Shown one piece after another: positions 1-13,841 of a stretch of DNA of 64,000 nt. The position numbers and the translations under genes were made by a program. This stretch comes from Trichoplax sp. H2 (taxonomy: Eukaryota). The notes beneath the pieces were generated by a model. That model was given only the letters and a program-made list of their open reading frames with translations, did no database searches and was not told the DNA's origin. Position 1 is the stretch's first letter. Each line of letters begins with the position of its first letter. The stretch covers positions 62,001 through 126,000 of the forward strand of contig NOWV01000138.1 in assembly GCA_003344405.1 (NCBI GenBank), given 5' to 3'.

Positions 1-2499
1 GTAGGATAGACATATATGTAAATCAATAACATCCATCAAGTTAAGTTAGCGATTGCTAATTGATACACACTAATGAGAAATAGTGACCACCAATCGTACC
101 TTTCATGTGGCAGCAGCTTTTAACGCACTAAAACTCACGTTCTCATCAGTGCATGCATAAAAAATGATCAACTCAAATCAAAGTGAAATTTTACAAAAGG
201 AAAACTGCGTAAATGCCCCATTTAGAGGACACGCCTCAGGAATAGAACTTATCATACTAATCCATTTCAGTATACTCTAACTCATGCTCTCATTTTTGTT
301 GACCGGCGAAATAATCAAGGGAAATTCAAAATTTCTATTCCAAATCAACTTTAGTAGTAGTGACAATATGGAGGAAATGCTTGCAGGATAGACGTAAGTA
401 GAAAAGTATGAAAGGGGGCTTTATTTTCGTCATTGGATAGGATGAATGATAGACCCTTTGACTAAAATGGCAGGTTAAACTAAATCAGCATTAAATTATG
501 CATGGTATGGCAAGACTCGACTTGATCAATTTGGCAGTAAAAGCAGTACATTAAGAGAAATTATTCTACTTCACGAGTACATGGCTGCTTTTCACTGTAT
601 AGTAATTCAGCTTTTATACCAATACTATCGGATTCAATCACAACCTAATGATGCCGTTACAAGAGCAAAACAACTTACCGTTATCCCTAACGAATAGCTG
701 GCAATGGAAAAGGCTGTCAGCCTTGAATATCAATGTTGGCTGAAATAGTCGAAATGAGCACAGGCCAACTTTTTTTTCAGTGCAATAAGCAGATGATCAA
801 TGGCCGCTTAACTACCTTCTATGATCTTTTATTATAAGTTGTATGTCGGAATAATATGCAACTCTTCATGGTGTTTTCTTTACTTGATTACGCTTCCTTT
901 TCTTATCCCTGTCCTTACTCGCTATTAAATCAATATCGCCGTTGTTATGCAAATAATTTATTCAATAGCTTGATTACAGGACAATTCTGATCCATGTTCG
1001 CCTTTTATCGTACAATATTTAAATCAAGTCTCTCGAATACAGTAGAATTCGGCAGAAATGTAAACTAGATACAATAACAACTTGCATTGATGATTATTTC
1101 TGCATCGATTAGAAGGCAAAATACCGCTATTGATATAGTAGCACTGACCAACAGTATGCCGACTTTAATTTGTAGTCCTTTCAATCGTTTAGAAGGTGTT
1201 GTTAGACAGTAGACTGCAATAAGAAAAATATATTGATCAGGGTTGAAGGAATTTCCTGTCTTTCTTCTTTATTGAATGGATGTTTTAGTTTGTTTTTCGG
1301 TGTTTTCCTTTTCTACTGTGTCGATATTGTCCAATCTCTGGGTATTGATTGATCTTACCTTTCCTGTATTCTTTACATCGCCCAGAAGCAAGACGACTTT
1401 CTTTTTGCTATCTCGAAAGGATAATATTAGATCGATTTGATGTATTATTTAATCACGGTATAGCATAAATCAATCAATCCCTTCATTCCTTATTAGGATT
1501 ACATCTATCCTGTCTAGGCTATAACAGATTGTTGTTTGTTGTTGCCTCTTTTCATCCTTGCTAAGATTGAATTCCTTCAAATAACAATGTTTACGCTTGT
1601 TGCATGGAGATCTCGATTTCTTTGGTACTCTACTTCAGGATCGTTTAACTACCGTTCAAAATAGGAGCATAAGCTAAAATTAAATGCGTTATAGGTATTG
1701 ATTCCTACTACTGAAAAGATGATTTCTATCTAGCACTACCTCAATAGGAGTATAGGATTGAACTATCAAAAGAACTAGATTGTCCGTCCTCTTACAATTT
1801 CCAAATTAGCGATTACAATTTTATGCAAGGCTAATAACTGCATTTTGATGATTTGAATAAACAATTATGTAATACGTAAATCATTGCAAACTAGAGAATA
1901 GGAACATACATTATTAAGGGTTATAGTTTTATGATGGATCAAGTTTTAACTATTCCTTTAATAGCGTAGTTGGGATAAATTACGATAACAACAAAGGTCC
2001 ATGACAGTAATTGAACCTTGGCCATGGCGCTAAACCAAAGCCGAATAAGCTCAAATTGAACTTGTTATCGGTATCGTTGTTGATGCCTGTTGTAGAACTG
2101 AATAAATAATTTCTCTCTAGCACACTATGAATAGGATTGGAGTATAAAAAAGTTTAAATCATGTATTCCTATATAATTTCCAAGGTAGTGATTTGTAATA
2201 GAGAATGCGGGAATAGCAAGGTTACAGTCGAGTAGTAGAGCTAGTGTGCATCGCTAGCTAAATACTCCATATTGATGATTTCAATCAATCATTGCAACCT
2301 AGAGAATAGAGGAGCATTTAATATTAGAATGATACGCTAATTATTTATCTGATTTGGCTATCCAACGAGTATCAATTACTATGATAATGAGATAGTTGTA
2401 TTCATTTCGGCACTCAATGAAGCTAAAATGCCATCATAAAATAATGAAAGAAATGAATCATTTACTAATTATAATATATTAAATATGGAGATTCGAACG

Positions 2500-5400
2500 C
2501 TTTATCGTTTATCTTTAGAATTACAGTTTGACTAATGACAATGATCGTACAATGCAAACATTGTGTAAGAAATTCGATAATAAGCAAGTACATGAAGAAT
2601 TCAATTACAATCTTTAAAATTTCCTTTCCATTGATTTCAACCTTCGTCATTGATGTATCCAGTAGCCCTATAGTAATTGTACGATGTCAATATTGTGGAA
2701 GAAGTTGGACAATAAGCGAGTACGTCGAGAATTTAGTTATAATGTTAAAAGATTCCTTGATATCGATTTCAACATTTGCAATGATTAGCATAATTAGTGT
2801 ATCCAGTCGTTAAAAATTCCTATTAATTTCAACGTTAGCAATCAATAGATCCGACAACTATCATCGAATATGATTATGGTGGAGGAAGTTTGACAATATG
2901 CGAGTACGTCAAGAATTCAATTGCGGTTTTAAAACTTTGCTTTTTATTGATTTCAACGTTCGTACTCGTAACTAATGTATCTAGTAACTATATCGCTGTC
3001 ACACACCACTAATGACAAAGTAGTCTACACACGCCAATCCTTGCGGAGAACGCCACTTACTAACTTAAAGAGGCGAGATTAGCTATATCACCAAATAATT
3101 CAGTTCCAACGACCGAATACTATGGTATAACTATAGCGTCACAGATGATGTAGACGAGATAGTCAGAGATTTACTATCATTTATTACTGAAGGAATCTTG
3201 GCACCCAAGATTATAGTCTTTACAATTAAATATCAATTGAAAAACTAGTTGACTANNNNNNNNNNNNNNNNNNNNCGAGTACGTCGAGAATTTAGTTATA
3301 ATGTTAAAAAATTCCTTGATATCGATTTCAACATTTGCAATGATGAGTATAATTAATGTATCCAGTCGTTAAAAATTCCTATTGATTTCAACGTTAGCAA
3401 TCAATAGATCCGACAACTATCATCGAATATGATTATGGTGGAGGAAGTTTGACAATATGCGAGTACGTCAAGAATTCAATTGCGGTTTTAAAATTTTGCT
3501 TTTTATTGATTTCAACGTTCGTACTCGAAACTAATGTATCTAGTCACTATATCGCATAATGTAAATATTGTGGAGGAAATTGGACAAAGTACGTAGGAAT
3601 TCAATTGCAGTCTTTAAAATTTCCTTTCCATTGATTTCAATGTTCGCCATTAAAATTTTGCTTTTTATTGAATTCAACGTTCGTACTCGTAACTAATGTG
3701 TCTAGTCACTATATCGCATAATGTAAATATTGTGGAGGAAATTGGACAAAGTACGTAGGAATTCAATTGCAGTCTTTAAAATTTCCTTTCCGTTGATTTC
3801 AATGTTCGCCATTAATGTATCTAGCAGCTTTGTAGTAATTGCACGATGCGAATATTGTGGAAGAAATTGGACAATAAGCGAGTACGTCGAGAATTCAATT
3901 GCGGTCTTTAAAATTTGCTTTTTATTGATTTCAACGTTTCTACTCGTAACTAATGTATCTAGTAACTATATTGCATAATGTAAATATTATAGAGGAAATT
4001 GGACAAAGTACGTAGGAATTCCATTGCAGTCTCTAAAATTTTCTTTCTATTGATTTTAACGTTCGCCATTAATGTATCTAGCAGCTTTATAGTAATTACA
4101 CGATGAGAATACTGTGAAAAAATTGGACACTAAGTGAGTAGATTAAGAATTTAGTTGCCATCTTTAAAATTTGCTTTCTATTGATTTTAACGTTCGTAAT
4201 TACGTGTATAACTGATGTATCTAGCTTTTAAAACTTCCTATTGATTTTAACTTTAGTAATCAGTATATTCAATGACTATGATTGCAAGGGATTATTATGG
4301 AAGAAATTGGAAAAAAGTGAATACGTCGAGAATTCAATTGCTGTCTTTAAAATTTTCTTTTTATTAATTTCAAAGTTTGTAGTTTTAACTAATTTATCCA
4401 GTAACTATTTAGCAATTGTACGATGTAAATATTGTAGAAGAAATTGGACAATAAGCGAGTACTTAGGAATTCAATTGCAGTCTTCAAAGTTTCCGTTTTA
4501 TTAATTTCAACGTTGGTAGTTAATGTACGGAGCAACTATTTAGTAATCGTACGATGTGAATATTGCTCAGGAAATTGCTCAAAGTACGTAGGAATTTAGT
4601 TGCAGTCTTTGAAATTTTCTTTCTATTGCTTTCAACGTTCGCCATTAATGTGTCTAGCGACTGTATAGTAGCTGCACGATATAAATATTGTGCAGGAAAT
4701 TGGACAATAAGCGAGTAGGTCGACAATTTAGTTGTCATCTTCAAAATTTGCTTTCTATTGATTTCAGCGTTTGTAATTACGCGTATAATTGGTGTATCTA
4801 GGCTTAAAATATTCCTATTGATTTCAACGTTAGTAATCAATGTATTTGATGTCTATAATCGCATGTGATTATTGTGGAGGAAATTGTACAATAAGCGAGT
4901 ACGTCGAAAATTTGAATGCGATCTTCAAAATTTGCTTTTTAATGTATCTAGTAACTATATAGCAATCGATCGCATGATGTAAATATTGTGGAGGAAATTG
5001 GACAATAAACGAGTACGTAGGAATTTAATTCCAGTCTCCAAAAATTTCGATTGATTTCAATATTAGTAATTTATCGGATGACTATGATTGCACGATATGA
5101 TTATTGTAAAAGAAGTTTGACAATACGCGTCAGTGAGTACGTTAACAATTCAGATGCAGTTTTCAAAATTTTTTATTATTGATTTCAATGCTAGTCATTA
5201 ATTAGTTAATTAAAGGTATCCAATGATTAACTAATGTGTCTGATAACTCCATAGTGATCGCACGATATGAATATCGTGGAGGAGTTTCGATAGTAAGCAA
5301 GTAGAGAATTTAATTGTATCCTTTAAAATTTTCTATTTTAACGTTGTTAACTAATGTACCTAATGACTCCATCGCGATCGCATGATGTGAATATTGTGGA

Positions 5401-7125
5401 GGAGTTTCGTTAGTAAGCAAGTAGAGAATTTAATTGTAGTCTTTAAAATTTCTATTTTAACGTTATTAACTAATGTATTTACTGACTCCATAGTGATCAC
5501 ACGATATGAATATTATGGAGGAGTTTCGATAGTAAGCAAGTAATGCATTTAATTGCTGTCTTTAAAATTTTCTATTTTAACGTTGTTAACTAACGTATCT
5601 AATGACTGTATAGCGATCGCACGATGAATATTATAGAGGAGTTTCGATAGTAAGCAAGTAGAGAATTCAATTGCAGCCTTCAAAATTTCTATTTTAACGT
5701 TGTTAACTAATGCATCTGATGACTCCATCGCGATTGAACGATATGAATATTATGGAGGAGTTTCGATAGTAAGCAAGTAGAGAATTTAATTGCAGCCCTT
5801 AAAAATTTCTATTTTAACGTTATTAACTGACGTATCTAACCTTATTAACTAACGTATCTGATGACTGCAATTGCAAATGTGAATATTGTAGAGGAGTTTC
5901 GATAGTAAGCAAGTAGAGAATTTAATTGCAGCCTTTAAAAATTTCTATTTTAACGTTATTAACTGACGTATCTAACCTTATTAACTAATGCATCTGATGG
6001 CTGCAATTGCAGATGTGAATATTGTAGAGGAGTTTCGATATTAAGCAAGTAGAGAATTTAATTGCAGCCTTCAAAATTTCTATTTCAACGTTGGTAACTA
6101 ATGTATCTGATGACTCTATAGCGATCGCACGATATGAATATTGTGGAGAAGATTCGATAGCAAGCGAGTACAGCGAGAATTCAGTTACAATTTTCAAAAT
6201 TTATGATTTTAAAGTTTGTCACTAACAGGGACAATTGGTAACTAATGCATCTGATGACTCTATAGTGATCGCACGATATGAATATTGTGGGAAGATTCGA
6301 TAGTAAGCGAGTACGGCAAGAATTCCGTTGCAATTTTCAAAATTTTTGATTTTAAAGTTCGTCACTAACAGGGACAACTGGTAACTAATGTATCTGATGA
6401 CTCTTTAGCGATCGCACGATATGAATATTATGGAGGAGATTCGATAGTAAGCGAGTATGGCGAGAATTCAATTGCAAACTTGCCGTGCGATCGAAAATTC
6501 GATTGATTTCAACATTGTTAGCTAGTACTTAGTGTAGAGTTCAATATACATATATATTGTTATATATAGAGAGAGAGAATATAGAGTTCAATCTACGTAT
6601 AAGTGCAGTATAGAATATAGAGTTAAGTATACGTATAATAGTATACTTATACGCATAGCTGTATGTGATGGAGGAGATTCGATAGTAAGCGAGTATGGCC
6701 AGAATTCAATTGCAAACTTGCCGTGCGATCGAAAATTGGATTGATTTCAACATTGTTAGCGAGTATTTACTGTAGAGTTCAATATACGTATATATTGTTA
6801 TATATATAGAGAGAGAGAGTATAGAGTTCAATCTACGTATAAGTACAGTATAGAATATAGAGTTAAGTATACGTATAAGTATACTTATACTTATACGCAT
6901 AGCTGTATGTGATGGAGGAGATTCGATAGTAAGCGAGTATGGCGAGAATTTAATTGCAAACTTGCCATCCGATCGAAAATTGGATTGATTTCAACATTGT
7001 TAGCTAGTACTTACTGTAGATTTCAATAAACGTATAGAGAGAGAGAGAAAATAGAGAGTTCAGTCTATGTATAATTACAGTATAGAGTATAGAGTTAAGT
7101 ATACATATACTTATACGTATAGCTG
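2500..7125. repeat. Degenerate tandem satellite array (~115-140 bp monomers, ending in three ~240 bp units)
   Basis: Recurring blocks AATATTGTGGAGGAAATTGGACAA / GAGTACGTCGAGAATTCAATTGC / TTTAAAATTT / ATTGATTTCAACGTT / AATGTATCT. A variant GAGTTTCGATAGTAAGCAAGTAGAGAATTTAATTGC dominates ~5230-6090. ~240-bp units with (GA)n/(TA)n occur at ~6430-7120. The short ORFs here are repeat translations. Confidence 0.95.
2997..3255 (+). mobile_element. Possible 5' end of an insertion (LTR-like TGTCAC start), truncated by the gap
   Basis: The satellite copy at 2717-2996 is repeated after the gap (3276-3556), where ...TATCGC continues as ATAATG. Here it continues as TGTCACACACC and unrelated sequence up to the Ns. 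Confidence 0.35.
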
Positions 7126-7232
7126 GCCTGTCGCCGATCTCTTCACCTCAGTATTGTCGCTAAGGCTGATACTGTACCCTATAACGCGCTGACATGGAAC
7201 AGTACCATAACTGCCTACTGTATCTAAAGCGA

Positions 7233-7357
7233 AGTGACGTCACTGCTAATTCCTTAGCTAAATCTAGCTTGCACACACCCTACTAGGGTACAGTACTACT
7301 ACGCATGCCTGAATGATACATTGTATAGTATTGAAGTAGACTGATTTGGCGGCCAAA
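7233..7357. promoter_or_regulatory. CRE palindrome and E2F-like site upstream of LRR1
   Basis: AGTGACGTCACT (7233-7244, perfect palindrome) and TTTGGCGGCCAAA (7345-7357), 220-340 bp upstream of the ATG. Confidence 0.4.
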
Positions 7358-7575
7358 CTCAAATGAGCAACCGTTGGAATCGATTGGCAGCAGGTTTTGA
7401 GGGCAAGCTTGTGGAAAAAGAGCAAAAATTCACTTTTTAAAATGGAATTGACACTATTTTCATGATTAAGCACTATTACAAGGCTACCATAGTCATTGCA
7501 GATGAAGAATTAGCCCAGGAAATCAGTCCATTTTAGCTGGATTATTGCGTAGACACCGATCACTGGCTAGTAAAT

Positions 7576-9832
7576 ATGAAAGTAGTCGCCGATGTCGAAG
7601 TGGTCAGTCGTGATGTTGCTCTTCGTGGAATTAGTTATAAGAGTCGTTCAAGTCGATCGGTATTAACCATAGGCAATAAAACCAAGCCATTATCGATTCA
7701 TATAAAACAGGATCAATGCAAAGAGAAAGGTGATTTGTTATTACTTGTTTGTACGAGATCCAATCCATCAGGGAGGCAGTACAAGGTAAGACATCAACAG
7801 GATAAATGTTGTAGGGATTCAATGAATTTGGCTTGACAACTCTGCTTGTACATGGATTATATGCTAGTGCCTCTTGCACTGATTGACTTCAATGATTATA
7901 CTCTACAAGTCTTATCATCGTGGTCAAGCTGTTAAAGCTTCATAACGAGTTGCTGTCTTACCATAGATTGATGAGTGTACTGAAGCTAGCAAAGCTATAT
8001 GCATAGGACTACTTGCTGTCTTTCCGTAGTGCATTATAATTTCTGTTATTTACATGATAGTATTGAAGATGGTAAAGCGACATCAGTGTTAGAGCTGTAA
8101 GGCTGTATACATACAGTAATTAGTTAATGTGGATCGATTTGATTCTTGTCAATATGGAGTGCTGTCATATGCAAAGTTAGCCCTCAAAATACAACAGATA
8201 ACTTACAGAGGTAAAAGAAAAAAGTGTTTTCTATTGCCTATGTGAGGTAACTAATCTTTCAACATGTCTACATCTGCTAGTAACCCTATGATGCTGCTTA
8301 CAGATTGTGTGATTCATTGACTACATTAACTTTGCGTTCTACTTGCTATGCAATAACGATATATATATATATATATACACGTATACGAGTGTAAGCTCCT
8401 ATTTGTTCTTTCCCCAGCTCAAGGGTAATGTTGAACAATTATTTGGTAAATTCATCCATGATGGTAAAGGGACTATCCGCTTGAAAAGTCCTCCTGTCGA
8501 CTTGTGTTTAAGTAAGGTATGACTTTAGAAGGATTAAATGAACACGAGAGTGACCATGACAGATATTGATTTGTAATCGTCATTTTCAGAGTATGCATTG
8601 ATTATAATTAATTAAATCATCGATAGTTTATGCTACATAGCGGTATACGAATTTACAAAGTTGAAATAGATTGACAGTCAATGTATTATAACTGAGCAAT
8701 CTTTATGCCACAACTTTATCCATTTCTAATGCTACCTTACCGTATACTATTCTCTTTGAATTGATTACAGGCAAATCCGGTGGAATTAAAGAAATTTCTA
8801 TGTGCTATACGCCTTTGTCACCAAGATCGCGACACGGATAAACTAGAATTAAGCCTTCTAAGACCTGCTAAAACTCAAGAATTAGAAAAACCGCAAACTA
8901 GCATGGCAATTTTGTCTTCTCAAGAATATCCAGTGAAGCGTCCATTTCCATCGTCTTTAGAGAAATTAATTATCAATGATTGTGGCCTTAAAAAATTAGA
9001 AGACAGGATAATACGTTTAGAATGCTTAAAAGTGTTGGATCTTAGGAATAATTGTTTGAAATCCTTGCCGGATGCCTTTGAAGCCTTTCAAAATTTAGCA
9101 GAACTAATATTGGCCAATAATTACTTGACCCAAGTTCCAAAAAGCTTGGGATGCGATAAATTAGCCAAATCATTAAAATTATTAGACCTAACTTGCAATG
9201 GATTTACCGTCTTTCCAATGTTAATATGCAATTTGACATCTTTGAGTACTCTAAAAATTGCCCAAAATCGTATGACTAAATTCCCTAGCGGTATTTCTAA
9301 ACTTGCCAATTTAAAGCAACTATTGGCCAGTGATAATCAACTTGCTGTGCTACCGCATGGCTTCACAAAATTATCCCTAAGTCATATTGATTTGTCTGAC
9401 AATCCGCTATCCATTGAGGTTTTACCGCTTGTTAAAAAATATAATATGCCTGTGCCTAACTTGTCTGAATTGGCATTGAGGGAAGTATGGAAAAGGTAAG
9501 TCACAGTCATTTCTGTATCATTCTCAGATTAAATGCAGTTTATATAGGTGTATTAATTGGATCGAATTTTTTGAAATAGTAATTTGACAAAGTTGTTGCC
9601 CTGGCAATCATTAAACAGACTGCAGGAAAGGAAAACATGTCAGTGGTGTCATGGATCATGCTTTCTTGCTAGGATCGATGTTACAACGTCAATGGATTTG
9701 CATCTTATCGCACATACTGTAACGGCTGTTGATCAAACAAATCGTATGGTTGTGCCATATTTAATAAGCTTATGTTCTGAAAGATGTTATCATCGTTGGA
9801 GTATTAGAAATTATCGACAGATGAATGTATAA
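7576..9832 (+). CDS. LRR1: Leucine-rich repeat protein 1 (CRL2 substrate receptor, PPIL5), 428 aa, 4 exons
   Basis: Exons 7576-7785, 8418-8516, 8771-9495, 9580-9832 with GT-AG sites and matching phases. Exon 2 LKGNVEQLFGKFIHDGKGTIRLKSPPVDLCLSK matches the LRR1 N-terminal domain. LRRs follow, then a BC-box-like VPNLSELALR and a C-terminal CxxC region. Confidence 0.92.
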
Positions 9833-11577
9833 AATACATCCACAAGTATCTACGAATGCTGAACTTTACTAGGCTATTACTGAGGTTGATTCTATTACGC
9901 GTATGGTCAACATTCGTATTCGTGTTCATTGATCATCTGCCTATAATAAAGAATCTTTTTGGTAGATTTCAATGCATTGATTTACAATCACTGTACATAT
10001 TGTTATATATTTCATTATATAATTCAAGCTATTTATATGATTTCTACATACCATACGATATTACTAGATATAGTCATTCCTGCCTTCGCCACAAAATACT
10101 CTTGTGTAGATAAAATAGCATCTTACATGCTTTTTTCATAATACTTTCTGCTCATTTGAACAAATTCTTATCTGATACTTGCTATGAATGAACTTTTAAA
10201 TATTGCTTTGATTGTTACCACTCAATGGTAGCTGCTGCTCCCCGCGCATAGTATGTAAAATAAACGTAAGCTAGCAATGTAAATCATGGGCATCAATTTT
10301 GAAAAGAGAGTACCAAAGTTTGTCCCATTTTGAAGGTGTAGATGGAAAATATTTTAAAAATATATTTCTATCATGGTTTATACCCAAAGTTGTATATAAT
10401 TTATTTTTTGTTACAATAAAATAAAACACCATCCTAGTAAAATCTTTACACTGGTTGCCATAAAATGATTTGAAGTAGAACTATTAATGTTAACATAGGG
10501 AATAAAATACAGAACCTAAATTGGTTCATCAAAATCATAATGATGTTACAACCGTAAAAAGTGCAGCGGTTACGTTTTTAAAATTATTTACTAACGAAAG
10601 GTATACAGAAGCCATGATGCATCGTAGTAGTTTACAAAATGGAGTACATAAAATATAAACAATATAGATACAGTCATTTTATAATTGGATCACTTATAGT
10701 ATTTGGAAGTATTCCTGTAATTTGGTACTAAAGACAATAATTAGAGCTCAAGTCGCAAATAAATTGAATACAATTTCAGAAACTGACAAATATACTTATA
10801 CCAATAAATTAAATTAAAGCAACATTGACCTTTTCAAATTCGAATTAAATCATAATTATTGGATCAGTTCACAAATCTGTTTTTACTACTACGTAAAGTA
10901 ATGCATGGATAATCTAAAAATACCGAAATAGAAGCAAATTTCTACCCCTTTTAGCTCAAACATTACGGCTTTACTATCTGACGTTATTGGTATAAAATAA
11001 AATATCATACGTACTAGAAATTACTACTACATTAGTTACCTTATAAAGATCAATAACTTTAAATTGAATGAGAAAGGCCATCTCGCGTATAGTAGGAGCA
11101 CGATCACCTTTTGCATACTAATATTTACATTTTACTTATTTCATTTCCATAAAGTTACATCGCTAAATATAGTAGTTTAAATGCTTTACTAAGTTACTGT
11201 AATTTATTAATAAAGAATTATATCGAAACTTTTTCCATATCATATTCACAAGGTACATTTTCGAAGGCTATTGGAATTTATCAAAGCTTTGTATACTTCA
11301 ACATAGGGTAATGATTTCCATTTTTTAGTTATCTTTCAATTTTCCATATAATTTGCCAAGTGTTTTCGCACATGTATTTATACACTATATACTGTATATA
11401 TAACGAGAAAGATAGAGAGCACCACGATATCCAAGGTTATATGTAGAGTGGATATATAATCACAGCCAAGGTCAATTTAAAAAAAAAAATACTATGCTGG
11501 TATGATCATTCCCCAATCTAACTAAATCATATCCATCATTAAGGTTGAAAAGTCTTTCATTTCAGAAAAAAAAGTAA

Positions 11578-12105
11578 TTAATATTCCACACCATATTTAT
11601 CAAAATGGCGTAAAATAATGCCCAACTGTAAACGGATCGTACCCATTGCTTCAGTATGCAAGTTGCAACGATCAGTACTTGTATAAATAGCACTAGGATC
11701 TTTAATTTCCATTCCACCACCAACAAAAACCTGTCGTAATTGATCTTGAAATGTGCCCGTTGGACGCCAAGTTACGCATTCTACATCATGCGTTCCAGGC
11801 GATGTCGGTAAATTACAAAATCCATAACCATAGAGTTCATGTCGGCCGAATCGATCTTGATGCCAAACTTCAAAATACATTTTCGGCCAACCGTATAAGC
11901 TCTTAGTAGCATAATGAACATCGATAGGATGATCCCAAATAGCAAATTCTTCATTTTGTGGATTATCTACTTGTGTTTGGCCTTCATGATTTCCTTCTAA
12001 TAATCGCCAAGCGTTTTCGGTATGGATAGACCATTTACAATATAAATTATTCGATGGAAACCCAGTAGCACCAATAATTTCACCAATGATGTGAACTTCA
12101 GCCAT
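11578..12105 (-). CDS. B9D2: B9 domain-containing protein 2 (ciliary transition zone MKS module), 175 aa, single coding exon
   Basis: [16 protein letters not shown]...EGQTQVDNP...[10 protein letters not shown]...GWPK...YGYGF...WRP...[11 protein letters not shown]; full-length B9D2 signature. Confidence 0.96.
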   Translation of the reverse strand: MAEVHIIGEIIGATGFPSNNLYCKWSIHTENAWRLLEGNHEGQTQVDNPQNEEFAIWDHPIDVHYATKSLYGWPKMYFEVWHQDRFGRHELYGYGFCNLPTSPGTHDVECVTWRPTGTFQDQLRQVFVGGGMEIKDPSAIYTSTDRCNLHTEAMGTIRLQLGIILRHFDKYGVEY

Positions 12106-12593
12106 ACTGTTAGATTAATTTTTGGCCAATTTCCTACTTCTCGTCTATAATTTGATAATTTAAAGCTGGATAATATCAATAATAAGTAAGGGAATGGAAG
12201 GAGATTTAGTATAAGAAAAGCAACCGTGAACTAGCGATTTTAAATACTTTGCTGCTATGCAACCGTTAGACGCATGCGCAACGAGGTGCATGACGTAAGA
12301 GTGCAAAACTCTCCCGATCTCTCCATAATGGCCGCCATGGAATTGGCATTAGAGATCTTTGATACGATCTCGAAGCCACACTAAACATCTACATTAGCTC
12401 ATTAGCACTGTATCAGTAGCTTTTAGAGTTCCTTTTTTTGAAAATATGCTAATTTGCTTGTATCATCCTTATTGTTACTTCTGATGATTGAGTTTGCAAT
12501 GGGTAGCAGCATGGCTACAAGAACGGTGCAAATGTTGGGGGTTAAGGTTAGGGATTCATGACATCTGTTAATTAAAGCTATTCAGTACTACTA

Positions 12594-12965
12594 TTCAACC
12601 GGATCATGGACTCTTAGTAGTTCATGGCACTGTAGACTGGAAGCAGGTAGGCTAGATCGATGATATATCTTCAGTAGTGAATGAATAATGAAATTAGAAA
12701 AAGACTTGATGATAATAAATAAGCCTAAAACTACTACGCAATTAATACTCGTATGAGAACGTAGATCGATGACTATTTGATAAAGCTGTTTATTACTACT
12801 TTTCAACCGGATCATGGACTTGCAGTAGTCCATGGCACTGTTGACTGGAAACAGGTAGGCTAGCTGAACGATTTTTGTACAGTAAATGAATGAATAATGT
12901 AGTTGGAATAAGGTTCGATGAAAAATAAATAAAAAAATAAATAAAACTAAAAGTTAATGCGCAAC
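12594..12965. repeat. Two diverged ~208-bp tandem copies between B9D2 and TDP1
   Basis: TTCAACCGGATCATGGACT...AGTAGT(T/C)CATGGCACTGT.GACTGGAA.CAGGTAGGCTAG at ~12594 and ~12802. Confidence 0.8.
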
Positions 12966-13841
12966 TCCTGATACCTTAGGGTTTACGTATTAATTACTTG
13001 ACAGAGCCATATGGTAATAATGTCTATATACCTTAGTCCATACTGTTGTCCAGCACGGTAACTATTTCCTGAAGCAGTAAAGTATACATTATTCTAGGCT
13101 TCGGTTAGCCCGGGGAATTTGTTATTCTAAAGAAATTATTCTAAAGAAATTGGCTGCAGACATGTTTACACACGTTGCAAGCATAGTAATAGACTGTGAC
13201 GTAAGACAGGGATTCTTGTATGCACCAGTATACGATCGGTCGGGTGTTTTAAGTAGTTGTGCAGTTCTCGACTTTGTGCCCAAGGTGAGCAGCTGACCGG
13301 AGTCAGCTGAAGTAGTTGCTGCAGCAAATCGGTCGAGGATCTCTTTTAACATTAAAAGACAAAATTAAATTATAGTATTTGTATTGCAAGGGCTGTTCAT
13401 AAAGGGGCGAGGAGCTCAATTGACGTTTCTGCAAGTTGTGCGTGATCAGCTGGTGTATCCTGATTGACTATTCTTCATGGTGCTAACACTGCATAACATC
13501 AACGATATTTTGAGCTACAAATTTTAATTGATAAGGTAAACGTTGAGTCTATACAGATTATAAGTAAGCTTGATCATTTACTTAAGGTTAATACAGTAGT
13601 AGTAACAATTTTTTGTTATCGTATTTTACGATGTTGTAGATTACTGTATTGTAGATCATGAGCTTGGGTATTAAGCTACTAATCATGCAATATTATTACT
13701 GCAAGTTAATCCGTTTTAGTGTAAAAAGAGCAATAAATAATTGATTTCAATACTTGCAACACGTAAACGTTGTATTCGCATTGATTGCATTGCCGTTATG
13801 GGAATTAGAAAGGGAATAACTCTGTACTCCATCCAATCACC

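Noticed and set aside
670-1410. Possible minus-strand exons (679-739; hydrophobic frame ~1215-1070)
   Set aside because: Splice-like borders exist but no consistent frame or recognisable protein could be assembled.
2465-6900. Short ORFs with repeated peptides (CxYCGRxWTISEYVEN)
   Set aside because: Translations of satellite monomers; frames break between copies and there is no splice structure.
12250-12340. RFX X-box, NRF1 and YY1-like motifs at the B9D2 promoter
   Set aside because: Only partial matches (GCTGCTATGCAAC, CGCATGCGCA, GCCGCCATGG); cannot be distinguished from chance without conservation data.
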